From the NCBI GenBank assembly GCA_963583605.1, contig CAUZVZ010000001.1, forward strand, positions 3,177 to 67,176: DNA of 64,000 bases, given 5' to 3'. The notes beneath the pieces were generated by a model. That model searched no databases. It had not been told where the DNA came from and worked only from the letters and a program-made list of their open reading frames with translations. Every line of letters starts with the position of its first letter. The stretch's first letter is position 1. Positions 1-9,530 of this stretch are shown piece after piece. The stretch comes from Gemmatimonadales bacterium UBA6960 (GTDB taxonomy: Bacteria > Gemmatimonadota > Gemmatimonadetes > Longimicrobiales > Gaopeijiaceae). A program made the translations under genes and the position numbers.

Positions 1-1067
1 GGCAGGCCGTACCACGCCTTGAGGTCATACGGAAAGAGCGCTCCCACACCCCCGCCCGTGTAATGACTGAAATAGTGCCGCCCCACCTGTCCATGATTGT
101 TCGACAGTCCGTCGGGATAGGCGCGGGATTTCGACAAGAGCAACAGGCGCACGTTTTCATAGGTGTAGGAGGCAACCAGCACGACCCTCGCCGGCTGGAA
201 GTATTCGTTGCCTCCCACGACGTAATTGACCCCGCTCACGCGTCCGTCCGAGCCCACTTCGAGCGTCGTGACGTGCGCGCGCGTGACCACCTTGAGGTTG
301 CCCGTGTCGACGGCCCTGGGAATGGTCGTGATATGCGTCGCGTTCTTGGCGTTGACCGGACAACCACCCTTGTTGCAGAACCCATGGTAGCCGCATCCCG
401 GACGATTATCGTACGCCTCACTGTTGACGGCGGCTGGGCCGGGGAACGGACCCCATCCCAACGTGCGAGCGGCCGCAGCCATGCGATCATGGAAGGCCGT
501 CCAGCGCAGCGGCGGCATGGGAAACTCACGCTGTCGAGGTCCCTCGAATCGATTCCCGCGTAAGTCGATGTCCCCGCGAACGTTTCCGGCCTGCCCAGAT
601 ATACCCACTTCACGTTCCACCCGATCGTAGTAAGGCTCCAGCTCGTCGTATCCGAACGGCCAGTCCTCGACGGTGGAGCCGGCCGGAATCCTGGACGCTC
701 CGTAACGCCTCGCAGTCTCGGTCACCACACTGAAGTCCCAAGGGTTGAGCCGCCAACTCTGGGCCCAGTAATGCAGAGTGGTCCCACCCACTGCGTTCAT
801 CATGGGGTGGCTGCCAACGCGGGTCGCCGTGGTAGCCGACGTCGCCCGTGACGTAGGCCGCTCCAGCTCAGTTTTCTTCACCAGCATGGGCCAATCTCGA
901 TAGTTGTTTCGGATCTCGTCGGGGGCAAAGTCACGCTGGTCAAGCCACGTCCCGGCCTCGAGCCCCACCACGTTCAGCCCGGCCTCCGCCAACGGGTAGG
1001 CGGCGACACCACCTGCGGCACCCATGCCCACGATGACGACATCGGTCTCTCCAAGCTGCGTCGGCAT
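1..1067 (-). CDS. GMC-family FAD oxidoreductase (flavoprotein subunit), 3' end outside window
   Basis: My translation from ATG at 1067 gives MPTQLGETDVVIVGMGAAGGVAAYPLAEAGLNVVGLEAGTWLDQRDF, with a GxGxxG FAD fold motif. The frame is open at both ends I checked. It is absent from the ORF track because no stop lies inside the window. It sits just downstream of the Tat small-subunit gene. Confidence 0.75.
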   Translation of the reverse strand, partial: MPTQLGETDVVIVGMGAAGGVAAYPLAEAGLNVVGLEAGTWLDQRDFAPDEIRNNYRDWPMLVKKTELERPTSRATSATTATRVGSHPMMNAVGGTTLHYWAQSWRLNPWDFSVVTETARRYGASRIPAGSTVEDWPFGYDELEPYYDRVEREVGISGQAGNVRGDIDLRGNRFEGPRQREFPMPPLRWTAFHDRMAAAARTLGWGPFPGPAAVNSEAYDNRPGCGYHGFCNKGGCPVNAKNATHITTIPRAVDTGNLKVVTRAHVTTLEVGSDGRVSGVNYVVGGNEYFQPARVVLVASYTYENVRLLLLSKSRAYPDGLSNNHGQVGRHYFSHYTGGGVGALFPYDLKAWYGL

Positions 1068-1145
1068 GACCTCAGATTCCTCCCGTGGGGACGCTGTACT
1101 CTTTCAACCGCCCTCTAAAGCCCTGGTCGAACAACATTGTGGCCG

Positions 1146-1817
1146 TCATTCGAACAATCCAAAGTCGTAAGCAGATCGCCGTGCCCGTTCCAACTGGTCG
1201 GCTTCGAGGCTCCTCTGGTCCTCCGGGCTCACGGCCAAACGTATGCCCGGATAGTTGATCAGGTCCCATCCTGCGAAGTCCACGTTGCCCCCGTATTTGG
1301 GGTCGCCGAACATGCCCTGCCAGGTGTGGCTCTTCACCATGTTGAAGAAAGATGCGGAACTGCCCACGAAGCCCGCTCCCGCTCCGGTCGCCGCCCCGAT
1401 CTGGACGTCGATGAGCGCCGAGTCCTGATCGACCGTAGAGAGGTCGATGAACGGGCCACCTCGCGAGTAGCGGCTGTACTGGTCGAGGGCCGCCAGACCC
1501 GACCGATACGCCTCAGCAGCATCGGACTCAGCTTCGCTCAAGGCGCGATCGATGTATTGGAGAACACCCGCGTCGAGAGCACCCGAGCCCAACTCGTCGG
1601 TGGGGATCAGTCGATCGACCATCGCGCTCAGGATCTCGGTCTCACTGGCCGTCAAATTCGTCATCGGACCAGCGAGCAACGGTGCCAGCGCCGGCGCTTC
1701 CTCCGTCACTGCGCCCACAGCATCGGGAATCAGCGCTGCCGCTCCAGCCGCTCCAGCGGTTTTGAGCAGATCCCTCCGTGAGATGGCAGGGCGCGGATCT
1801 TTCGGGGGTAGCGTCAT
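1146..1817 (-). CDS. Gluconate 2-dehydrogenase subunit 3-like small subunit with Tat signal
   Basis: 223-aa ORF with twin-arginine signal PAISRRDLLKTAGAAGAAAL. It is paired with the downstream GMC flavoprotein gene. Confidence 0.7.
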   Translation of the reverse strand: MTLPPKDPRPAISRRDLLKTAGAAGAAALIPDAVGAVTEEAPALAPLLAGPMTNLTASETEILSAMVDRLIPTDELGSGALDAGVLQYIDRALSEAESDAAEAYRSGLAALDQYSRYSRGGPFIDLSTVDQDSALIDVQIGAATGAGAGFVGSSASFFNMVKSHTWQGMFGDPKYGGNVDFAGWDLINYPGIRLAVSPEDQRSLEADQLERARRSAYDFGLFE

Positions 1818-2401
1818 CCGGGTCGCTCGCTCATGGGCTGCCGCTCATACAGCGTGACCATATCCCCCTGTCCGATCACGTGCCCCTCGATCGCCTGCAG
1901 GAGCTCGCCCCTATCGAGACCCGGCGGCAAGTCGAACTCCTCATCGAGCGCAAACACGGCGAAGTGATAGTGATGCACGCTGCCGGCCGGGGGAGCGGGG
2001 CCACGGTAGGCGGACAGACCCCACCCATTGTTTCCCTGGACCGCCCCGGCGATCTCCGTGGGCATCGGATGATCCGCGTCGAATGGAATACCCTCCGGGA
2101 GCCCCTGGGCACTACTGGGAATGTTATAGATGATCCAATGCACCCACGGTGGCGGACGTCCTGCGCCGTAGTCCTGAGAGATCACGGCGAGCTGGCGCGT
2201 TCCAGGTGGGAGACCGCTCCACGTGAGGGGCGGAGAGAGGTTTCTCCCGTCGGGGGAATAGTCCCGAGGCATGAACCTGCCCGTCGCCATCGTCGGGCTT
2301 TCGACGACGAAGGTCGCGGGTGCCTGAGCTCGCAGACCGGTTACGGCGCCCCCCGTCAGGACTAGTGCCGCGCCCAGAGCAACCGGTACACTCACCTTCA
2401 A
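1814..2401 (-). CDS. YbhB/YbcL (PEBP) family protein
   Basis: Lies in ORF 1814..2527. PEBP-like blocks GRNLSPPLTWSGLPPGT, WVHWIIYNIP and YRGPAPPAGSVHHYHFAVFALD are present. Start placed at TTG 2401 (alternative GTG 2395) before the signal-like LKVSVPVALGAALVLTGG. The upstream part of the ORF looks non-coding. Confidence 0.75.
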   Translation of the reverse strand: MKVSVPVALGAALVLTGGAVTGLRAQAPATFVVESPTMATGRFMPRDYSPDGRNLSPPLTWSGLPPGTRQLAVISQDYGAGRPPPWVHWIIYNIPSSAQGLPEGIPFDADHPMPTEIAGAVQGNNGWGLSAYRGPAPPAGSVHHYHFAVFALDEEFDLPPGLDRGELLQAIEGHVIGQGDMVTLYERQPMSERPG

Positions 2402-2551
2402 GGTAGGGCCCTCCAGACTGGATGCGCGACTACGGGATTCCTCGCGGGAAGCACTGAGAATACAGGTTCCCTTAGCGAGCGGGCAAGTCCTCTGGGCCGT
2501 TGGTAGTGGGTCAGGCCGTTGGACCAAATGCGTCAGACCATATCCGTTGGA

Positions 2552-4870
2552 CTAGATCCGTAGGAGCCTGTTGATCTTCAGAACGAAGGCCCTGTTCTCG
2601 AGCTCCGGGTAGCCGCTTCCCACGGTGGTCCGCTCATCGGTGTAGACCGCGAAGAACTCGCTGCCGGGGGCATACTCCCAACGGAAACGGAGATTGCTGC
2701 TGAAGGAGTCGCTGTCTGAGTCGTACTGGATCAGCCCTCCCGCGAACATCAGCGGCGTGAAAGCGTAGTCGGCGCGCAGGCGCAGCACGGTGGTCGTGAA
2801 ATCACCGGCAGACAGCTTCACATCGTTGAACGAGACGCTCGGCTCCAGAGAGAACTGATCGAGCACGGCGATGCGCCCTCGGTTGTACCCTATGCTCCGG
2901 ATCGTGCCGTCGTAGAATTCGCCGACCTCCAGCGAGAGAGACCCGGACACCCGACGCTGCGCACCGATGCTGTACTGAAACGTGGCACTCTTGAAGTCGT
3001 AGTCTCCCACCGGAACCGAGACGGCACTCGAAACTCTTAGAGGCGAATCGAGGCTCTCAAAGTTGACGGCCCCCTGCACCGAGATCTGGTCGCTGCTCTC
3101 GAGTTCGACATTGAAGCTACCGTTCCAGACTTCCGTCTCGAGCACTCCCGCGTCCAAACTCTCGATTCGCTCATAGCCGCCTTGAAACCTGAGCTGGCGT
3201 ATCGACGCGACCGAAGCGAGGCGCGGGCTGAACCGCGCCGAAGAAGAATGCCGGCGGAAGTTCTTACGGCGTACGAGACCGACTTCTGGATTGAATTCAT
3301 CTCCTATGACGAGGTGCTCCCCAGTCAGCCCATACCGGTCGCCCCCATAGTTGGCTCTCCCGAGATAGCTCTCGTTGTCGGCGTTCATCCCGGGAGTCCT
3401 CGACTGTGTGTAGAAACCCCCGAAGCTGACGTCCTGGCCGAAGTTGAAATTGCCGTCGACGCCGTACACCTGGTTGGTGCCGTCCACCACCGTCGACTTC
3501 GACCGATTCGTGAAGAGCGCACCGATGCTGCTACGTCGTAGAATATCCCGCTTGACCCGCACGACGCTGAAATTGGTCTCCGGTGTAACACCCACGATGC
3601 GGTCGGTCTGGAGGTTCATGAGTCCGAAACCGAGCCGACCCACCTTACCCGTCACCCGACCGCCACCCAGGATCGGAACGGCCTCGCCACCGCTCAATCC
3701 GATCCGCCGGGAGTAGAAAACCGTGGGCGCAGCGCCCCCCCCTTGTCCGCCTCCACCTCCGCCTCCACCGCGACCGCCGCCGCTCGACCTGCCGAAGTCG
3801 AAAGTCCCGCGGCCCTCGAGAAAGAACTCCCTCTTCTCGGGGAACGACAAGCTGAAACGGGTCAGGTTCACCTGACGCTCGTCCACCTCCACCTGCGCGA
3901 AGTCGGTGTTGTACGTCAGGTCCGCAGTGATGTTGGCCGCGATTCCGTACTTGAAGTCGACACCGATGTCTCCGTCCGCATCGTTCTCTATGGCCGGTGT
4001 ATGAGTGAGATCGGTCGTCAGATTCGAGGTCGCATACGGCTTTATCTCAATGTTCTTGCCTGCCGGAGGAAGATCCAGATCGACCAAATCCGCTGCGGCT
4101 GACACCCGAAAGATACTCGCCACGCCGCCGGTCGAGGCCGGAACGAATGTGACATGCGCGAACTCGTTCTTACGCCGAATTGACCGGCGAATCTGGATCC
4201 CCCAGGTCTGATCGTCTCCGGACAGATACCGGAGCGACTTGAAGGGAATGGTCATTTCCACAGTCCAACCACCCTCGAACCGGCCCGTCCGTACCGACCA
4301 GACCGGATTCCAGTCCGTGTTCGGACTTCCCTCATCCGTGATCCACTGGTCGGCCCGCGCCCCAAGTGGATTCGTATAGAAGTTGAAGCCATTGCGACGA
4401 TCGTGGAACGTGTCGAAGAGCGCACCAAAAAAGTCGTTTTGCCGCAACCCATTCGTGTCGCGGCGCATTTCATTGGCGATCCACTCTTCGGGCGGCGCAG
4501 TGTCCCAGCAACGGCATGCCAGGTAAATGTTCTCGTCGTCATACATGACCCACGCCTCGGTCCTCTCCGACACGAGCTCACCCTCCAGGGGAACGGTCTG
4601 GATGAAACCGTCAGCCGGCGAGTTGGCCTCATACACGGCTTCGTCCAGAACCCCGTCCATGCTCAGCGGCTCGGTGAGCCTGATGGCACGCACCGTGGCC
4701 CGTCCCTGTTCCGTACGCGCTATGGTGGCCGGCGCCACCGGCGGTGGCGGGTTGAGATTGGAATCCGAGGACAAACCTTCTTGCCCAGCCGTCGACACCG
4801 GATTCGATAGGGACAGGGCCACGGTGACGGATAACGACGATAACGACGAAAGAAGGTGTGCGTTTTTCAT
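2552..4870 (-). CDS. DUF5916 / carbohydrate-binding family 9-like domain outer-membrane protein (copy 1)
   Basis: 772 aa with an N-terminal signal. CBM9/DOMON-like block reads LDEAVYEANSPADGFIQTVP...NIYLACRCWD...FDTFHDRRNGFNFYTNP...WTVEMTIPFKSLRY. The C-terminal part is beta-rich and ends RAFVLKINRLLRI. Contains a poly-Gly insert. Confidence 0.8.
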   Translation of the reverse strand: MKNAHLLSSLSSLSVTVALSLSNPVSTAGQEGLSSDSNLNPPPPVAPATIARTEQGRATVRAIRLTEPLSMDGVLDEAVYEANSPADGFIQTVPLEGELVSERTEAWVMYDDENIYLACRCWDTAPPEEWIANEMRRDTNGLRQNDFFGALFDTFHDRRNGFNFYTNPLGARADQWITDEGSPNTDWNPVWSVRTGRFEGGWTVEMTIPFKSLRYLSGDDQTWGIQIRRSIRRKNEFAHVTFVPASTGGVASIFRVSAAADLVDLDLPPAGKNIEIKPYATSNLTTDLTHTPAIENDADGDIGVDFKYGIAANITADLTYNTDFAQVEVDERQVNLTRFSLSFPEKREFFLEGRGTFDFGRSSGGGRGGGGGGGGQGGGAAPTVFYSRRIGLSGGEAVPILGGGRVTGKVGRLGFGLMNLQTDRIVGVTPETNFSVVRVKRDILRRSSIGALFTNRSKSTVVDGTNQVYGVDGNFNFGQDVSFGGFYTQSRTPGMNADNESYLGRANYGGDRYGLTGEHLVIGDEFNPEVGLVRRKNFRRHSSSARFSPRLASVASIRQLRFQGGYERIESLDAGVLETEVWNGSFNVELESSDQISVQGAVNFESLDSPLRVSSAVSVPVGDYDFKSATFQYSIGAQRRVSGSLSLEVGEFYDGTIRSIGYNRGRIAVLDQFSLEPSVSFNDVKLSAGDFTTTVLRLRADYAFTPLMFAGGLIQYDSDSDSFSSNLRFRWEYAPGSEFFAVYTDERTTVGSGYPELENRAFVLKINRLLRI

Positions 4871-4873
4871 CCG

Positions 4874-7183
4874 CTAGACCCGGAAGAGCCTGTTGATCTT
4901 GAGAACGAAGGCTCTGTTCTCCAACTCCGGGAAGCCGCTTCCCACGGTGGTCCGCGCATCGGTGTAGACCGCGAAGAACTCGCTGCCTGGGGCATACTCC
5001 CAGCGGAACCGTAAATTGCTGCTGAACGAATCGCTGTCGGAGTCGTACTGGATCAACCCTCCCACATACATCAACGGTGTGAACGCATAGTCCGCACGCA
5101 GGCCCAGCACCGCCGTGGTGAAATCACCAGCCGGCAGCTTCACGTCGTTGAACGAAACGCTCGGTTCCAACGAGAACTGATCGAGCACTGCGATGCGCCC
5201 TTGGCGGAACCGTACGGCCCTGATCGTGCCGTCATAGAACTCGCCGACCTCCAGCGAGAGAGACCCCGACGCCCTACGCTGAGCACCGAGCGAGTACTGA
5301 AACGTCACGCTATTGAAGTCGTAATCTCCCACGGGAACCGAGACGGCACTGGAAACCCGTAGTGGGTCGTCGAGTCGTTCGAAGTTGACGTGGCTCCGAA
5401 CGGAGACCTGGTCGCTACTCTCGAACTCCACGTTGAAGCCACCGTTCCAGACTTCGGTCTCGAGCACTCCGGTCTCTAGGTTTTCTATGCGCTGATAGCC
5501 GCCGTCCAATCTGAACTGGCGTATCGACTCGATGGACTGCGGGCGTGGGCTGAATCGTGCCGAAGTGGAATACCGGCGGAAGTTGTCGCGGCGGACCAGA
5601 CCGACTTCGGGATTGAAATTGTCACCCACGGCAGTGTAATCACCACGCAGCCCATATCGGTCTCCCGCGTAGTTGGCCCGACCCACATAGCTCTCATTTG
5701 CGTCGTTCAGACCCGGTGTCCGCGACTGAGCGTAGAACCCGCCGAAGCTGAAGTCCTGGCCAAAAGCGAAGTTGCCGTCGGCGCCGTACACTTGGTTGGT
5801 ACCGTCGACCTCCACCGACTTTGAGCGATTCGTGAAGAGCGCACCGATGGTGCTGCGTCGTAGAATATCCCGCTTGACCCGCACGACGCTGAAATTGGTC
5901 TCAGGTGCAACGCCCACGACGCGATCGGTCTGGAGGTTCATGGCCCCGAACCCGAACCGGCCCGACTTGCCGGTCACCCGACCACCACCGAGGATCGGAA
6001 CGGCCTCACCGCCGCTCAGCCCAATCCGGCGAGAGTAGAAGATTTGGGGCGCCGCACCACCACCACCACCGCCACCGCCGCCGAACCCGCCGCCGCCACC
6101 TGCCCGGCCAAAGTCGAAGGTCCCGCGGCCCTCAAGGAAGAACTCTCTCTTCTCTGGGAACGACAAGCTGAAACGGGTCAGGTTCACCTGACGCTCGTCT
6201 ACCTCCACCTGCGCGAAGTCGGTGTTGTACGTCAGGTCCGCAGTAATGTTGGATGTAATGCCGTACTTGATGTCACCACCAAAGTCCCCGTCAGTATCGT
6301 TCGATACCGCCGGTGTTTGAGTGAGATCAGTCGTCAGATTCGAAGTCGCATACGGCTTGATTTCGATGTTCTTACCTGCCGGAGGCAGATCCAAGCCGAC
6401 TAGGTCCGCCGCCGCCGACAGGCGGAAGATGCCCGTCGTACCACCCGCTGAAGCCGGAACGAACGCGAGATGCGAAACCTCGTTTTTGCGCCGAATCTGG
6501 CGCCGCATCTGAATTCCCCAGCTCCGATCCTCTCCGGACAGATACCGGAGCGACTTGAAAGGAATGGCCATTTCCGCCGTCCAACCCCCCTCGAACCGGC
6601 CGGTGCGTACGGACCAGACGGGGTTCCAATCACGGTTCGGGCTCCCCTCGTCTGTGATCCACTGGTCGACTCGTGCAGCAAGCGGGTTCGTGTAGAAGTT
6701 GAAGCCGTTGCGCCGATCGTGGAACGTGTCGAAGATCGCCCCGAAAAAGTCGTTATTTCGCACCTGCTGTCCGTCGCGTCTCATCTCGTTAGCGACCCAC
6801 TCCTCCGGCGGCGCCGAATCCCAACAACGGCAAACGAGATAAATGTTGTCGTCATCGAAGAACACCCAGGCGTCCGTCCTCTCCGTCGCCGGCTCCCCCT
6901 CAAGTGGAACCGTCTGGAGAAATCCGGTGATCGGCGGCGCATCGTACGCCGCCTCATCGAGGACCCCGTCCACATCAAGCGGCTCTGTGAGTCTGATCGC
7001 ACGAACGGTGACTCTCCCATCATCTGTGCGTGCCATCGTGGCCGGCGACACCGGCGCTGGCGGGTTCTCCCTGGCGTCGGAGGAAAACTCAGTCTGGCCC
7101 GCCGTCGAAACCGGCGACCAACCGGTCGAGACGACGATCAAGGCGGACAAGGACAATAACGAAGGGAAGTTCGGCTTCTTCAT
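4874..7183 (-). CDS. DUF5916 / carbohydrate-binding family 9-like domain outer-membrane protein (copy 2)
   Basis: 769 aa, collinear paralog of 2552..4870. Its TAG stop at 4874-4876 lies 3 nt from the ATG of copy 1. Confidence 0.8.
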   Translation of the reverse strand: MKKPNFPSLLSLSALIVVSTGWSPVSTAGQTEFSSDARENPPAPVSPATMARTDDGRVTVRAIRLTEPLDVDGVLDEAAYDAPPITGFLQTVPLEGEPATERTDAWVFFDDDNIYLVCRCWDSAPPEEWVANEMRRDGQQVRNNDFFGAIFDTFHDRRNGFNFYTNPLAARVDQWITDEGSPNRDWNPVWSVRTGRFEGGWTAEMAIPFKSLRYLSGEDRSWGIQMRRQIRRKNEVSHLAFVPASAGGTTGIFRLSAAADLVGLDLPPAGKNIEIKPYATSNLTTDLTQTPAVSNDTDGDFGGDIKYGITSNITADLTYNTDFAQVEVDERQVNLTRFSLSFPEKREFFLEGRGTFDFGRAGGGGGFGGGGGGGGGAAPQIFYSRRIGLSGGEAVPILGGGRVTGKSGRFGFGAMNLQTDRVVGVAPETNFSVVRVKRDILRRSTIGALFTNRSKSVEVDGTNQVYGADGNFAFGQDFSFGGFYAQSRTPGLNDANESYVGRANYAGDRYGLRGDYTAVGDNFNPEVGLVRRDNFRRYSTSARFSPRPQSIESIRQFRLDGGYQRIENLETGVLETEVWNGGFNVEFESSDQVSVRSHVNFERLDDPLRVSSAVSVPVGDYDFNSVTFQYSLGAQRRASGSLSLEVGEFYDGTIRAVRFRQGRIAVLDQFSLEPSVSFNDVKLPAGDFTTAVLGLRADYAFTPLMYVGGLIQYDSDSDSFSSNLRFRWEYAPGSEFFAVYTDARTTVGSGFPELENRAFVLKINRLFRV

Positions 7184-7307
7184 GCACCCATCTCATTCAC
7201 GATCACTAGGAGAACGAGTGAGTAAAGTGTTCACCCACCCCCCTGCAGACACATTTCTGAAAACTCTTGTTGGGCTATCGGACCCGCTGCGGTTGCGGAA
7301 TTCGCGT

Positions 7308-7745
7308 CTACGCTGGGTGCACCGGGCAGGCGCAGGATCCGCAAACGGCCTGGTGTCTCAGATGTCCGTTCCAAAACAGTGAGCTCGCGACCAGCACACC
7401 ACCCACCGGAGACATGAGACTCTCCGGCAATGTGCCGAGCCATCCGGAGAGCGCGGCGATCCAAACAGCGAACCCCAGCGAGGCGAGGCCCCAGACCACC
7501 CACCGGCCGGGAAGCCGCCAGGAAGTCCCCAGGGCGACCGTCGCCAACACGCCCGAAAGAGCCAGAAGCCAAGCCTCCCACGCGTGTGTGGCCGCAAAGA
7601 ACGGAAGGGTCGAAGCCAGAATGGGCATCACCAGGCAGTGCACTGCGCAGATTGCCGGAAGAACTCCGGACCAAGCGGTGACCTGACCCTCGACCGAGCC
7701 ATCCGGCGGGTTCTGGACGTCTTTCCAGATCGTTCCTGATTCCAC
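7308..7745 (-). CDS. MerC-domain-like membrane protein (start uncertain)
   Basis: Lies in ORF 7308..7838. Contains the MerC-type motif LPAICAVHCLVMPIL, several TM helices and a C-terminal CGSCAC cluster. Start set at GTG 7745 because the ORF's 5' part covers the divergent operator region. Confidence 0.55.
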   Translation of the reverse strand: MESGTIWKDVQNPPDGSVEGQVTAWSGVLPAICAVHCLVMPILASTLPFFAATHAWEAWLLALSGVLATVALGTSWRLPGRWVVWGLASLGFAVWIAALSGWLGTLPESLMSPVGGVLVASSLFWNGHLRHQAVCGSCACPVHPA

Positions 7746-7781
7746 GTTCCTGGCCCGCCCTGAGGAACCAAAAGGGACACA

Positions 7782-7815
7782 CTTGATGATGGCTAAACGA
7801 TAACCGATTATCAAG
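7782..7815. promoter_or_regulatory. Candidate Fur-family operator in divergent promoter
   Basis: GATAACCGATTATC (7799-7812) has GATAA/TTATC inverted arms and is nested in CTTGAT...ATCAAG (7782-7787 / 7810-7815). It resembles the TGATAAT-N-ATTATCA Fur box and lies between the MerC-like and Fur genes. Confidence 0.45.
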
Positions 7816-7873
7816 AGGTACCTAAAGCACCGATCCAAGGGTGCGACTCTGGAAATGACAAGGACCGGTTCTG

Positions 7874-8248
7874 GTGGAACGCGACACCAAGCAGCGGCGG
7901 GCCATACGTGAGATCTTCACGCGTGAACGCAGACCGCTGAGCACCGACGAAGTTCTAGCGGCCGGCCGCAGGCTCGTGCCGTCCCTCGGTATTGCCACGG
8001 TTTACCGCAACATCAACTCTCTGGCGGACGAGGGATGGATCCACTCCGTCGAGTTGCCCGGCGAGCCGGCCCGTTACGAGCGGTGCGGAAAGCCTCATCA
8101 TCACCACTTCATGTGTCGGGGGTGCGGGCTGGCGTTCGACGTCGCTGCCTGTCCGGAGGACGTGGAGCGGCTGGCGCCCGAGGGTTTTGCGGTGGACTCG
8201 CACGACATCGTGCTCTACGGCCATTGCCCAGGGTGCCGAGGACTGTGA
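7874..8248 (+). CDS. Fur family transcriptional regulator (Fur/Zur-like)
   Basis: 124 aa with a GTG start. Contains the winged-helix block LGIATVYRNINSLADEGW, the metal sites HHHHFMCRGCG and a C-terminal CPGC. Confidence 0.85.
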   Translation: MERDTKQRRAIREIFTRERRPLSTDEVLAAGRRLVPSLGIATVYRNINSLADEGWIHSVELPGEPARYERCGKPHHHHFMCRGCGLAFDVAACPEDVERLAPEGFAVDSHDIVLYGHCPGCRGL

Positions 8249-8252
8249 TGGA

Positions 8253-9446
8253 CTAGTCCTGGGCTGAAGGCCGTCCGTCGAGTTCCTCGATTGTGGCGTT
8301 GGACGGTCCGCGTCGCTCCTGGATTCGCGCCGCCGCGCTCTCCGCCGCCGCCCAAGCACGGAGGACGTTCCGTCCGGCGAGCTTCGCGAGGTCGTCCTCG
8401 CCCCATCCGCGTCGGGACAGCTCAGCGAGGAGCTCGGGAAATTTCGACACGTCCTCCAGACCTTCGGGCGGGGGATCCGGCTCCATTCCGTCGAAGTCGG
8501 AACCGAGACCCACGTGGTCGAGACCAGCCACATCGCGGACGTATTCGATATGACCCGCCACATCGAGGAGCGTAGCCCATGGAGGGTCTCCCGGACCGTC
8601 ATACGTGCGTAGCGCCTCCGACACGTGCCAAGGATAGAACACCACCATGACCACGCCCCCGTTCTCCGAAAGGCGCTGGAGGACCTGATCGGGGACGTTC
8701 CTTCGATGGGCGGTCAGCCCCTGCGCTCCGGAATGGGAGAAGATCACGGGGGCCTCGGCGATATCGAGGACGTCGTTCATCGTCTCGGTGGACGTATGTG
8801 ACAGGTCCACCAACATCCCGAGGCGGTTCATCTCCCGCACCACCTCCCTCCCGAAATCCGTCAGTCCCCCGTGCTCCGGATCGTCGGTCGCCGAGTCAGC
8901 CCAGTCGGCGTTGCCCGAATGCGTGAGGGTCATGTACCGCACCCCCAAGTCATAGTAGGCCCGAAGCGCACCGAGAGAGTTCTCGATGGCGTGGCCGCCC
9001 TCCATCCCGAGAACCGAGCCGATCCTGCCCGATCGGAAAATCCGCTCCACATCTGAAGCGGTGTACGCTTGCTCGAACACATCAGGGTACTCACGGATGA
9101 CTTGCCGTGCGATGTCGATCTGCTCCAGCTGAACCCTCACCGGGCCCACCTCCACCGACTCCATGTCGACGTAAACCGACCAGAATTGGGCCCCAACCAT
9201 CCCGGCTCGCAGACGGGCGATGTCGGTGTGGCCGGGAGTGGTCCCTCGCAGATCGTACGCCTGCACGCTGTGGGGCTCACCCTCCTGTTCACGGATGGCC
9301 CACGGAAGATCATTATGCCCGTCGAAGAGGGGCGTCGAGGTCAGGACCCGCCGCACCTTTTCGAGGTGCTCGTCCTCCTGGGCACAGGCGGAGCTGGCGG
9401 TCATCAAAGCTAGACCGAGGGCGAGCCACGTGGATCTGCTACCCAT
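8253..9446 (-). CDS. Membrane dipeptidase (peptidase M19 family), secreted
   Basis: Lies in ORF 8253..9473. Contains PLFDGHNDLPWAIRE and the rest of the M19 pattern. Start set at ATG 9446, which is preceded by GGGGAGGG and gives the signal MGSRSTWLALGLALMTASSACAQ. Confidence 0.85.
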   Translation of the reverse strand: MGSRSTWLALGLALMTASSACAQEDEHLEKVRRVLTSTPLFDGHNDLPWAIREQEGEPHSVQAYDLRGTTPGHTDIARLRAGMVGAQFWSVYVDMESVEVGPVRVQLEQIDIARQVIREYPDVFEQAYTASDVERIFRSGRIGSVLGMEGGHAIENSLGALRAYYDLGVRYMTLTHSGNADWADSATDDPEHGGLTDFGREVVREMNRLGMLVDLSHTSTETMNDVLDIAEAPVIFSHSGAQGLTAHRRNVPDQVLQRLSENGGVVMVVFYPWHVSEALRTYDGPGDPPWATLLDVAGHIEYVRDVAGLDHVGLGSDFDGMEPDPPPEGLEDVSKFPELLAELSRRGWGEDDLAKLAGRNVLRAWAAAESAAARIQERRGPSNATIEELDGRPSAQD

Positions 9447-9486
9447 CTGCCCTCCCCACTCGGGACGGATCAAAGGGTCCTCAGAT

Positions 9487-9530
9487 GTTTCGAGAGGCCG
9501 GAACCGTTTGGGTCCCGGCCTCTCGAAAAC
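9487..9530. other. Perfect 14-bp stem-loop (TTTCGAGAGGCCGG / CCGGCCTCTCGAAA)
   Basis: Read directly: gTTTCGAGAGGCCGGaaccgtttgggtCCCGGCCTCTCGAAAac. There is no U-tract on either strand. It lies 14-40 nt upstream of the dipeptidase start, at the end of a 1.1-kb non-coding gap. Confidence 0.6.

Noticed and set aside
3720-6110. GC-rich short repeats (GGN runs at about 3720-3790 and about 6040-6110) as a repeat array or CRISPR.
   Set aside because: They are in-frame poly-Gly coding tracts inside the two DUF5916 genes. There are no spacers and no repeat-spacer periodicity.
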